From: Treponema sp. | GTDB taxonomy: Bacteria > Spirochaetota > Spirochaetia > Treponematales > Breznakiellaceae | Reading direction: 5' to 3' | Assembly: GCA_031278815.1 (NCBI GenBank) | Contig: JAITJS010000031.1 | Location: 1,796-65,795 of the forward strand | DNA length: 64,000 nucleotides | Part shown: positions 55,965-64,000 of the stretch, in pieces | Layout of the letters: the number at the start of each line of letters is the position of its first letter | Numbering within the stretch: position 1 is the first letter of the stretch | Notes under the pieces: model-generated | Told to the model about the DNA's origin: nothing | Seen by the model: only the letters and a program-made list of their open reading frames with translations | The model's database searches: none | Program-made: the position numbers and the translations under genes

Positions 55965-57625
55965 GCCCTTACACTGCCTAAAATCGCATCAATCTTTTTC
56001 AAGGTCCACTCTCGAAGCACTGCAAGCAGTTCCCCGGTATTAAGGAAAGGTTTACGGTGCTGTATCGTAGCGGCTAAGGGAAGCAGGGTCGTAAGGATGT
56101 GGCCTTGTTCTTCGCTAAGCCCCTGAAGATAGGCCTGGACCGTTCCCGCAACAGGGGGAAGGCCAGAGACCTTTTGCCGGTACGTGGCAAGGAAGTCCCG
56201 AGCCGGTATGGAAGCACTGAAGGGGCGCTCTAGCCTGCTGCGAAGCGGGACGGTCTGCCTTGTCCTGATACGGAGCGGTGCGCCCATGCCCTCCACCGGT
56301 ATGACTTGGGACCTAAGAAAAGCGGTTTTTTCTTCCAGAAGCCTACGGTAACGGCTTAAGGTGGGGGTCTCATAATACCAGGAGGCATCCCCCCGCTGTA
56401 TCCATTTGAGTTCTGGGCTTCGGTACAAAAAGGCCGACCACAGCGTTTCCAGCGAAGCAAGGCGGGTTTGTCGGGCATCAAAGTAGGCGTACATATAGGT
56501 TCCTCGGGCATAGCTGCGTCCCAGAGGATAGGCAAAGTCTGCGCCGTATAATTCCACCTGTTCTGCACCTAAGCAGTCCGCCAGAGACACCGCTGCGTAG
56601 GTAACATTACCCCCGGAGGTATCTACCAAAGGCATAGGCCGCCACTGCTGGGCAACATACCGGGTCAGAGGATGACCCCCGGAAAAGAAGCGGGGATGCC
56701 CGGTCTGGGAGGCGAGCACCGGAGGGCTGGCCAAGTCCAGGTAAAGGGGTATATGGTCGGGCAATCCCTGCATAAAGTGGTAATAGCTGATATGTTGTGC
56801 ATCAATGGAAACCACCGCATCCGGTACCAGGTTAGCGTATAGCACACTGGGGAGACTCGTATCAGTGGCTATGAGGAAGCAGTCCCGCCGCTTTTTGACC
56901 AAGCGGGGAAGCTGCAGGTCTAGGGAAGGCCCGGCAGCGCATATAGCAGCGCGATCAAAGACCGGCAGCGGGTCTGGCTCTGGCTGCATCCTGAGGAGGT
57001 TCCGCAGGGTGTTAGAAAACCACCGGGCCCCAAAATGAACTTGTACCGAATAATCCCCAGAGATCCCCTGGATGGCTGCGGTAATCCCCTCACCGGCAGC
57101 GCTGAACTGCTCAGGATCCCCATCAACCCGGACCCGCAGGGGTATGACCTGGATACCCCGGTATAGAATCGGCTGATAGTGCTTGAGGATATACCCTTCA
57201 AGCTGCTTACCCGTAGGATCCACCAGGATATGAAGCCGCGGATCCCGCCACAGTGCAAGGTATGATTTGGAAGCCAGCAATTCCGCGATACTCTGGATAT
57301 CGTAGTCTATGACCAGTATATACTGAATATCGTCCCGTTCCAAGGCCGCGCTCATGGCAAAGCCGCCGCCTAAGCCGAAAAAAACCAAAAACCCTGCCTC
57401 TTGGACGGTACTGATGAGCCTGTGCCCCTCTCGTACCGGATCCACCAGGGAGTGCAAGGGGCGAACCGCACCTGAGGGAGTGGTCAAGGTAGGGATAAGC
57501 GCTCCTGAACGAGCACGCACAAACCCATAACGAGGTATCCGGCTTGTGGCTGTGGCAAACCGGGCACTCAGGTCCGGATCCCGTTCCCCTAGAGCCTGCA
57601 GATTGGCCTCCAAAAACCTATCCAT
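55961..57625 (-). CDS. Motility-associated factor (Maf) / DUF115 glycosyltransferase-family protein, copy 2
   Basis: Central DUF115 core with AICAAGPSLD (GPSL motif) and the TD..L context. The start is probably MDRFLEANL at 57625, overlapping the upstream Maf stop by 8 nt. Confidence 0.7.
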   Translation of the reverse strand: MDRFLEANLQALGERDPDLSARFATATSRIPRYGFVRARSGALIPTLTTPSGAVRPLHSLVDPVREGHRLISTVQEAGFLVFFGLGGGFAMSAALERDDIQYILVIDYDIQSIAELLASKSYLALWRDPRLHILVDPTGKQLEGYILKHYQPILYRGIQVIPLRVRVDGDPEQFSAAGEGITAAIQGISGDYSVQVHFGARWFSNTLRNLLRMQPEPDPLPVFDRAAICAAGPSLDLQLPRLVKKRRDCFLIATDTSLPSVLYANLVPDAVVSIDAQHISYYHFMQGLPDHIPLYLDLASPPVLASQTGHPRFFSGGHPLTRYVAQQWRPMPLVDTSGGNVTYAAVSLADCLGAEQVELYGADFAYPLGRSYARGTYMYAYFDARQTRLASLETLWSAFLYRSPELKWIQRGDASWYYETPTLSRYRRLLEEKTAFLRSQVIPVEGMGAPLRIRTRQTVPLRSRLERPFSASIPARDFLATYRQKVSGLPPVAGTVQAYLQGLSEEQGHILTTLLPLAATIQHRKPFLNTGELLAVLREWTLKKIDAILGSVRA

Positions 57626-59156
57626 GATACCTTCTCCGCTCCCGCTCGTAAGGCGCAAGGAGGCTCATGATGAGTGGGCACAGGCGGTGGGCAGTGGGGG
57701 CCTGCTCTGACTCATCATGTACCAAGAGGGAAGCTAATTCTCCGGAGAGCTTGGTTGCGAGGTGAGGGTCTTCCAAGGCCTTAAAGAGCAGGGCCCTTCC
57801 CTGTTTAACCGGATTATCCTGCCAAGGAAGCTCTCGGGTCCGCAACAGCGGCAGGTCCCTAGGGTGGGACTCAAGGGGGCCTGCTTTGAGGGTCTCAAAC
57901 ACCGGATTATTGCTTCCCAAGGGGTAAAGCCGCTCCGGATAGGCCCTCAGGTGTTCCCTAAACCAAGCGGCATAAATGGCATGGCTCCCACCAGCCAGGA
58001 TGTCCCGGGACCGGGTAAAGATCTGGCTGTACACCGGGTTGAGCCGGGAAGCCCCTTCTGCTAGGAGCCGGTCAAACGCATAGGGCCGAACATGGGTTCG
58101 TATATCCTTATGGGCCAGATCCATGCCTGCCAGGTAGATGTTCCCCTGGGTGAGGATAAGGGCGAGATCCAGGGCCGAGGCGCTTACGGTTCCCCGTTGG
58201 GGAAGGCGGATACAGGGTATCCCCAGGCCCTGTAAGATCAGATCCTGCCACAGGCTCCCATCGCTTATGGGCAGGAGGGCCAGTTCCCCGCATTGGGAGG
58301 GAAGGGCCGCACAAAGGCTTGCGGCAAGCACCGGGGCGGCTTGGGTATCCATGCCCCGAAGGCAGGCATACAGATGGAAACAAGCCCAGCCTCCGCCATC
58401 GGTGCTGATGATCAAGTCCGGACGGATCCCGTGCCAGTGGAGGGCCGGTACCGATGAGGAAACCCCCAGGATCAGATGAGGGCTTTGGCGCTGCAATGCG
58501 CTGATAAGGGGTACTGCTTCTTCCAAGCTCGGCCCCGCAGCGGTGATGATCACCGGTACTGAGCCGGCTTTGTCCTGTACCAGGACCCGGCGGAGCAGCA
58601 TGAGGTTTTTGAAAAAATTCTTGAACCATCGACGGCCAAAGATCCGGGTGGTCCGCATATTCCCATCTATTCGCTTGATGAAATCCACGGTTTCCCTCAA
58701 GAGCCAGCGGTAGTGCTCCCCATAGACAGCTAAGGCGGGCCGCCATTGGATGATCCGGATAGCTGCAGCCACGGTATCGGGGATTTCCCGTTCCAGAAAT
58801 GCTTGCAAGGGGACACCGGTTTCCGGGCTCCAGCGTAGTACCGGGCTTTCCTTCGCTGCGCTGGGGGGCTTGAGGGCTTGCACATGCAAGGCGATGATCC
58901 GAGCCGTGGGAAACTGTTGGTGCAGGGGGGGAACTATGTATTCCTGGCCTGGTTCAATGAGGATGAAAAAACGAATACCCCGAGGCAAATCCAGAGACTG
59001 GAGGTATTTTTCCGCTTCCCCTTGCGGATTATACCGGGAATGGAGGGGCTGTCTGGGATCGAGCGTTCCCCCATCTTCCCTGGGAAGATATTCAGGAAGC
59101 ACAGGAGGTATAAGGTTGCAGTAAAGCCAGCAGGCCTTCAGGTGTATCAGCTTCAA
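57618..59156 (-). CDS. Motility-associated factor (Maf) / DUF115 glycosyltransferase-family protein, copy 1
   Basis: N-terminal LHSRYNPQGEAEKYL and ITAAGPSLEE (GPSL motif). The start codon is uncertain, because the ATG at 59156 overlaps the upstream ORF by 65 nt. Confidence 0.7.
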   Translation of the reverse strand: MKLIHLKACWLYCNLIPPVLPEYLPREDGGTLDPRQPLHSRYNPQGEAEKYLQSLDLPRGIRFFILIEPGQEYIVPPLHQQFPTARIIALHVQALKPPSAAKESPVLRWSPETGVPLQAFLEREIPDTVAAAIRIIQWRPALAVYGEHYRWLLRETVDFIKRIDGNMRTTRIFGRRWFKNFFKNLMLLRRVLVQDKAGSVPVIITAAGPSLEEAVPLISALQRQSPHLILGVSSSVPALHWHGIRPDLIISTDGGGWACFHLYACLRGMDTQAAPVLAASLCAALPSQCGELALLPISDGSLWQDLILQGLGIPCIRLPQRGTVSASALDLALILTQGNIYLAGMDLAHKDIRTHVRPYAFDRLLAEGASRLNPVYSQIFTRSRDILAGGSHAIYAAWFREHLRAYPERLYPLGSNNPVFETLKAGPLESHPRDLPLLRTRELPWQDNPVKQGRALLFKALEDPHLATKLSGELASLLVHDESEQAPTAHRLCPLIMSLLAPYERERRRYHG

Positions 59157-60105
59157 AGCTTACTACTGTACGCAGGCTCACACTGTGGAAAAGCCGGTGG
59201 GCGAGTAATTCCCGGTCCACCGATTTTTGAAACAATACCAAAAGATACCGCGACGCTACGGGGATTATGGAACCCAAAGGGGCTAACACCGGGAGAACCG
59301 AAGCCGCATCACCGGATAGGGCAAACAGGATACCCTGTACGGTACTGTGCGAGAGTTTGTGGGTATAGAACTGGCGGATCGCCTCTGGTACGTCCAGAGC
59401 AGGGGATTCGGGAGCCTTTCCTGCCGCTGCTGGTGGGGTTACAGCTTTGTGCTCAGGCTTTGGTCTTTCAAGGAGGGCGCTTCCCTCAAGGGGCTCCTGC
59501 TCTTCATGTGTATGTTCAGGCCTGGATCCATCAGAACCCCCTGGAGGGGCTTCCCTGGTGGAGGGTTTAAGCCGGGTTTTAGGAAGCGTGCATAACACCC
59601 CTCTAATATCCAAGAGGAGCCGTGCCATCATAGGGGGATTAAACGAGGAATCTCCCCACTGCCCTGCCTGTGAGGACAGGGCTTCTTCGGCTAGGAGCAG
59701 GATATACCGACAGGGCTGCTCATCGTCTAAAGGAAAGGCCCATATAACCGCATGAAGATCAATAGACATGATGGAAAGCAGGGCTGGGGAGCCGATTTTA
59801 TAGTACCCCTTCCGTTGCGCCGGATCTTCTGGGGGCACAAGCCCGCTTAACTCAAGGGGAAACCCTTCCGCGGGTATGACGGTTCGGTCTATCCCCAAGC
59901 CAACGGAAGCGTAACCCATATACTTACCTTCGGTCAAGTACAGGCAAATACCGCACTGAAAAGAACCATAGGTTTTAAGGAGACTCAAAGCAGTATAGGG
60001 GGTGGTCCCTTTTTCAGCGATTCTGAGAATTCGATCCCGTAGCTTTTTCCCTTTATCATCCAGTTTGAGGGCATATTGGGACAGAGCTTTACATAAAAGC
60101 CCCAT
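59092..60105 (-). CDS. Hypothetical protein, 337 aa (possible GAF-like N-terminal fold, Pro/Glu-rich linker)
   Basis: Long ORF packed between the acidic protein gene (3-nt gap) and Maf copy 1. No catalytic motif recognised. Confidence 0.5.
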   Translation of the reverse strand: MGLLCKALSQYALKLDDKGKKLRDRILRIAEKGTTPYTALSLLKTYGSFQCGICLYLTEGKYMGYASVGLGIDRTVIPAEGFPLELSGLVPPEDPAQRKGYYKIGSPALLSIMSIDLHAVIWAFPLDDEQPCRYILLLAEEALSSQAGQWGDSSFNPPMMARLLLDIRGVLCTLPKTRLKPSTREAPPGGSDGSRPEHTHEEQEPLEGSALLERPKPEHKAVTPPAAAGKAPESPALDVPEAIRQFYTHKLSHSTVQGILFALSGDAASVLPVLAPLGSIIPVASRYLLVLFQKSVDRELLAHRLFHSVSLRTVVSFEADTPEGLLALLQPYTSCAS

Positions 60106-60107
60106 AA

Positions 60108-61484
60108 TTAAGCGATTCCTAGTTCATTACAAAGTTTCTGGTAGGTATCAAAATAGGCAGATTCAGCAAATTCTCCAATTTTATCCTCTGGTAGGGATTC
60201 TAAGAGCTGATCCATAAAGATAAGGACGTTTTTTAGTTCCTGTTTTAGGTCAAAGGGCTTATGGGCCTGAGCCTCACCTGAAAACGTCGAGGGTTCCTGG
60301 CCGGCTTCCTCGCTCTTAGGATATCCCGGGGAAGAACCGGAAGGCGTATCATCAGGAGGTTCATCCTCAGTCTCGGCTTGGTCTTTAGGGCCCATAATGG
60401 ATTCAATCATAGCAAAGGCATCATTAATTCCTGCTTCATCTTCTGGTTCCAATGCAATGGGTATATCCTTCATCGATCCATTTTCGATATATAAATCATC
60501 AATTAAAAAGACTTCACCTGAGGGGTTTGCCAAATGGGTATGTACCAAACCATGATGAGAAGCATCCTTAGACCCTTCATCTTCATCAGGTGATACCTGA
60601 GGGTTTTCTTCATTCCCTACCCCATCCTTGGTATTCCCAGGGATGGTATGAAGAACCTCTTCAGCCGGGGTAACGTCGATCTCTTGAGCATATAGGGCGG
60701 GGTATTCTGGGCTTAATGCTTTGGTGATAAAGGTGGCGTTATGGAAGATATTGGAGAGTTCATCCCCGGTAATAGTAACTTTTTCATCCTCCTCTCCACC
60801 ACCTTCGGCCTTCTGTGGTTCCACAAGGGCTGCCGCGGTTTCTCCTCGGATTACCAGCCCTTTGAGGGCGGATACCTCATGCCGTATCAAGGTTAATTCT
60901 CCCAGAATGTTCCTTAATAATTGCAGGCTCTCCTCTGAATCAAGGGCTTGCATGGGGGGCGCTGAATGGGCCGCTTGGGGACGCTCCGGCGGTTTCACCG
61001 GAGTATCAGGTATGTCTAAGGCCGGTGATTTCTCTTGAGAAAGCCCTGCTAAATCAACAGGAGGAATCGATGCAGCAAGAAAATCCTCGATTACCATATC
61101 CTCTGACAGATCATCAAATAACTCGTCATTATCAGCAAGAGGGTCAACAAAACGAGCATCCCCAAGGATTGACCTATCGTTAATCGAAGTCTCCTCCGCC
61201 TTTTCTAGGCTTTCTCTAGGGATACCATCCTGCTGCCCAAGGGAAAGCTTAGGTTCCGTCGGTTCCAGACTGAAGTTAGGATAGGTTTTCGAAGCCGACC
61301 CTTTTTCATCCAGCGCTTCCGGCTCATTGGGGAAATTGAGCATATCCAAAATATCCGGTATAGGGTCTGAAATGACCTGAGGCTCGCTTTTTACCCATAC
61401 GCCATAGGCATCAAGTTCCTGAGTTGACTCATACTTTTCTGAATAATTACCCTTATGGACTTCCCTGGGTTTCTCACTTGCCAT
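60108..61484 (-). CDS. Hypothetical highly acidic protein, 458 aa, with a conserved-looking helical C-terminal ~50 aa
   Basis: Asp/Glu-rich, low-complexity body. N-terminal LDAYGVWVKSEPQ and C-terminal LKNVLIFMDQLLESLPEDKIGEFAESAYFDTYQKL look like folded modules. Confidence 0.55.
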   Translation of the reverse strand: MASEKPREVHKGNYSEKYESTQELDAYGVWVKSEPQVISDPIPDILDMLNFPNEPEALDEKGSASKTYPNFSLEPTEPKLSLGQQDGIPRESLEKAEETSINDRSILGDARFVDPLADNDELFDDLSEDMVIEDFLAASIPPVDLAGLSQEKSPALDIPDTPVKPPERPQAAHSAPPMQALDSEESLQLLRNILGELTLIRHEVSALKGLVIRGETAAALVEPQKAEGGGEEDEKVTITGDELSNIFHNATFITKALSPEYPALYAQEIDVTPAEEVLHTIPGNTKDGVGNEENPQVSPDEDEGSKDASHHGLVHTHLANPSGEVFLIDDLYIENGSMKDIPIALEPEDEAGINDAFAMIESIMGPKDQAETEDEPPDDTPSGSSPGYPKSEEAGQEPSTFSGEAQAHKPFDLKQELKNVLIFMDQLLESLPEDKIGEFAESAYFDTYQKLCNELGIA

Positions 61485-61649
61485 AATCGCTCCCGCAGGA
61501 TGAACATACCTGAACCGTAGTTTTGTGCTATTCGAATTTATCCTACTAATTTTTATTATCGGTTATGGCTACGGATTCTTGAGCCACCTGTACCTTGGTA
61601 CAAGGGAGGTTCCTAAAGAATAAGGAGCAAGTATCCGTAATTATAGATA

Positions 61650-62222
61650 ATGGGATCCGTAAAATATCTCATGCCCATCTGGGCGGGGATTTTTGTTTAT
61701 ACTGCATTCTCAATAGGACGGGGACCGGTAGGTGTATTAGCCTATAATCAACTCAGTCGAGAACATGATAAACTCGTGGAAAACATGGAATCCTTAAAAC
61801 GGATTAACAAAGAACTCGAAATAACCAAAAATGCCCTCATGTATGATAAAGAGACGATTGCGATCTATGCCCGGGATCTGGGGTATAGTTATGGAAATGA
61901 GCGGTTTATCCGGATTGTGGGGCTGGAAGGAACCAAGAAACCCCGTATTGAAGCAGGGGAACTCCTCATCGCGGCTGAACCCCGGTATATTTCCGACACC
62001 ACCATCAAAATCGTGGCATTTGCTATGGGCGCAGGCTTTTTTTTATGTATGTGGATCCCGGATTTCTTAGAGAACAAGCAAAACCGCCGCAGGAACAAGA
62101 AACCCGGCAGACCCTATGCTGAAGGGTCTGAAGGAACCCGCCCTCACGCTGAGGCATCTCCTTTTTATAGAAGAGCACGGTACCCTTCAGAGTATCCGCC
62201 ACCACCGGGAAGTCATTTCTGA
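61650..62222 (+). CDS. FtsB/DivIC-like septum formation initiator family membrane protein
   Basis: An N-terminal TM helix followed by the coiled coil LSREHDKLVENMESLKRINKELEITKNAL and the DLGY motif. A second TM helix and a basic tail follow. Confidence 0.5.
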   Translation: MGSVKYLMPIWAGIFVYTAFSIGRGPVGVLAYNQLSREHDKLVENMESLKRINKELEITKNALMYDKETIAIYARDLGYSYGNERFIRIVGLEGTKKPRIEAGELLIAAEPRYISDTTIKIVAFAMGAGFFLCMWIPDFLENKQNRRRNKKPGRPYAEGSEGTRPHAEASPFYRRARYPSEYPPPPGSHF

Positions 62223-62370
62223 ACAGCAGGGGCCGGATCGGTACCGGGTGTATTGATAGGGACCGAGAGAGTCCACAAACCCCTCGGACGTTTTCTATGG
62301 GGGTATACCGACCTGCTTGAACTATACCCGAACCTTGGGGTATCATGCCTTCTTAAGGAGTAGATGCCCT

Positions 62371-63327
62371 ATGATAGAAGTTCAGGGACTCACCAAACGG
62401 TACGGCCCGGTAGAGGCAGTACGGGGAGTTTCTTTTACCCTAGGGACGGAGCAAGTCCTCGGTTTCCTAGGCCCCAACGGTGCCGGGAAGACCACCATCA
62501 TGAAGATCCTCACCGGATACCATTTCCCTTCAGCAGGAACCGCCTGGGTAGCGGGTATTTCCGTCCAGGAGAATCCGGTGGAAGTGAAAAAGCGCATTGG
62601 TTACCTACCCGAAAGCGTTCCCCTCTATGGGGACCTCACGGTAGATGAATACCTTTCCTTTATAGCCGATGCCCGGCTGATCCAGCGGGATCTTCGCAAA
62701 AAAGCCATACAGAGCAGCCTCGTTGCCTGCGGCTTGGAACAGGTCGCGGGAAAACCCATCGAAACCCTCTCCAAAGGGTATAAACAGCGAGTGGGCTTGG
62801 CCCAAGCCATTGTCCACGATCCCCCCATACTCATCCTGGATGAACCTACCTCTGGGCTGGATCCAAACCAGATCATCGAAATCCGCAATCTCATCAAAGA
62901 CTTAGGAAAACGGAAGACCGTGATCCTTTCTACCCATATATTGCAAGAGGTTGAAGCGATCTGTTCCCAGGTGCTCATCATCCACGAGGGCCGTATTGCC
63001 GCCCAAGGGAAACCTGATGAAATCGCCGGAACCTTGAAAGGGACCGATACCTGGGAATTGACCCTGAAAGGGGCAGCTCTCCCGGAGATCACCGAAAAAG
63101 TGAGGAGCCTTACCGGAACCAGCGCCGCGGTGAGCCTTACGGAAGGGGGCGTGCCCGGTACGGTGCATGTGAGTTTTACCCTGAGCAGGGATACCCAACC
63201 CTTAGATGGAGAGGGGATCTTCGATTGGGCTGTGTCCGAAGGACTTAAGATCCTCCAGATGAACCGGAAAAAACTCAGCCTGGAAGACATCTTTGTAAAA
63301 CTCACCGGCGAGGAGGGGGCTGCATGA
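62371..63327 (+). CDS. ABC transporter ATP-binding protein (ABC-2 / GldA-like subfamily)
   Basis: GPNGAGKTT, LSKGYKQRVGLA and ILILDEPTSGLD. The ATG at 62371 (MIEVQGLTKRYG) has AAGGAG 10 nt upstream. Confidence 0.85.
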   Translation: MIEVQGLTKRYGPVEAVRGVSFTLGTEQVLGFLGPNGAGKTTIMKILTGYHFPSAGTAWVAGISVQENPVEVKKRIGYLPESVPLYGDLTVDEYLSFIADARLIQRDLRKKAIQSSLVACGLEQVAGKPIETLSKGYKQRVGLAQAIVHDPPILILDEPTSGLDPNQIIEIRNLIKDLGKRKTVILSTHILQEVEAICSQVLIIHEGRIAAQGKPDEIAGTLKGTDTWELTLKGAALPEITEKVRSLTGTSAAVSLTEGGVPGTVHVSFTLSRDTQPLDGEGIFDWAVSEGLKILQMNRKKLSLEDIFVKLTGEEGAA

Positions 63328-64000
63328 CACATCCTGGCGTAGTACACCAACCTAAGAGGGCTACTCTGGCTTTAGTCCGGAAAGAACTCTATTCCTATAG
63401 CATTTCACCCCTTTTTTATGGTATCATCGTGTTTTTTCTCATTTTTGTGTCTATATGGCTTTTTTACGTGCAGCGGTTCTTTACCTTAAATACCGCATCC
63501 TTGCGGCCTTTTTTTGCGGCCTTTCCCCTGGGCTTTGTGCTGGTCATACCCGCTATTACCATGAAAAGCTGGGCCGAAGAACGAAAGCTCGGGAGCATTG
63601 AGTTGCTGCTCACCATGCCTTTCTCTGAGTGGGACCTGGTCCTGGGAAAGTTCATCCCGTCCTTCACGGTACTGGCCCTGATCATGGGCTTGACCATCCC
63701 GGTGCCCTTGAGCCTCCTCCCCTTAGGGGATTTTGACGGCGGGACTATCCTGGGAGAATACGCAGGGGCCCTGCTTTTGGGAGCCAGTGCCACGAGTTTA
63801 GGGCTCTTACTCTCTTGTGTATCCAGAAACCAGGCCGGTTCCTTCTTGGGGAGTGCGGTGGTCCTCCTGATTATGATGTTTATCAATCAGATTACCATGA
63901 CCCTAAACCTTCCTCCCCTTATAGCCGAGGGGATCAATTTCTTTTCCCTGTCCTTTCATTTTGAGACCTTTTCCAAGGGCATCATTGATACCAGGGATGT
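63324..64000 (+). CDS. ABC-2 type permease (GldF-like), 3' truncated by the window edge
   Basis: Not in the ORF track because it has no stop. My hand translation from the ATG at 63324 (ATGA overlap with the ATPase stop) gives 225 stop-free codons of polytopic membrane protein (...WAEERKLGSIELLLTMPFSEWDLVLGKF...). Confidence 0.75.
   Translation, partial: MTHPGVVHQPKRATLALVRKELYSYSISPLFYGIIVFFLIFVSIWLFYVQRFFTLNTASLRPFFAAFPLGFVLVIPAITMKSWAEERKLGSIELLLTMPFSEWDLVLGKFIPSFTVLALIMGLTIPVPLSLLPLGDFDGGTILGEYAGALLLGASATSLGLLLSCVSRNQAGSFLGSAVVLLIMMFINQITMTLNLPPLIAEGINFFSLSFHFETFSKGIIDTRD

Noticed and set aside
58108-58746. 212-aa alternative-frame ORF inside Maf copy 1
   Set aside because: Same-strand out-of-frame ORF, Pro/Gly/Arg-rich. 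The Maf frame has the GPSL motif.
62625-63350. 241-aa minus-strand ORF inside the ABC ATPase gene
   Set aside because: Antisense to a gene with Walker A, signature and Walker B motifs.
1-64000. CRISPR arrays, rRNA genes, tmRNA/RNase P/SRP RNA, prophage or known defence-system gene sets
   Set aside because: Reading through the intergenic regions, I saw no regularly spaced direct repeats, no long non-coding stretches with rRNA-like sequence, no hallmark motifs of these RNAs, and no phage structural, integrase or defence-type genes. This is a visual scan only, not a covariance-model search.

Overview
This 64 kb window looks like core chromosome from a motile, anaerobic, spirochete-like bacterium. 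That guess rests on gene content only: an Rnf complex, a BMP/PnrA-type lipoprotein, tandem Maf genes, cheB/cheR, a PilZ-tailed MCP and a type-2 IleS. GC is roughly 50-55% by eye. I ran no searches, so every functional call comes from reading motifs in the supplied translations and the DNA.

About 50 protein genes are tightly packed on both strands. In map order they are:
- a DAHP synthase::prephenate dehydratase fusion, cut by the window edge
- a DUF815 ATPase
- rnfCDGEAB
- a Cys-based phosphatase, a DEAD-box helicase and a YbiT-type ABC-F protein
- a DUF2156 protein and a 459-aa unknown protein
- an OppA-like binding protein
- a MATE/MarR pair flanked by gene debris
- a fused radical SAM protein and ileS
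- small zinc-ribbon proteins
- a dCache-HAMP-MCP with a PilZ-like tail
- an AmmeMemoRadiSam-type radical SAM enzyme, nudC and cdd
- an HTH::EIIA fusion
- an AddA/AddB-type helicase-nuclease pair
- a BMP lipoprotein and a decayed IS transposase
- tcdA/ttcA and cheB/cheR
- a 2-oxoacid dehydrogenase operon (E2, E3, a QueG-like Fe-S gene, fused E1 alpha-beta)
- moeA with MobB-like and CooC-like ATPases
- a monocistronic initiator tRNA
- two tandem Maf (DUF115) genes with two unknown upstream genes
- an FtsB-like protein
- a GldA/GldF-like ABC-2 transporter that runs off the right edge

I saw no CRISPR array, rRNA, prophage or recognisable defence island. I cannot point to one clear-cut novel system. 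The best candidates are:
1. The acidic-protein / GAF-like / Maf / Maf module (55961-61484).
2. The 2-oxoacid dehydrogenase operon with an embedded, frame-disrupted QueG-like gene (46554-52827).
3. The orphan AmmeMemoRadiSam radical SAM enzyme coupled to a small unknown protein (30083-31489).
4. The HTH::EIIA(Ntr) fusion regulator (33064-33732).
5. A C11 homopolymer inside a 45-codon upstream ORF ahead of the MCP (27474-27611).
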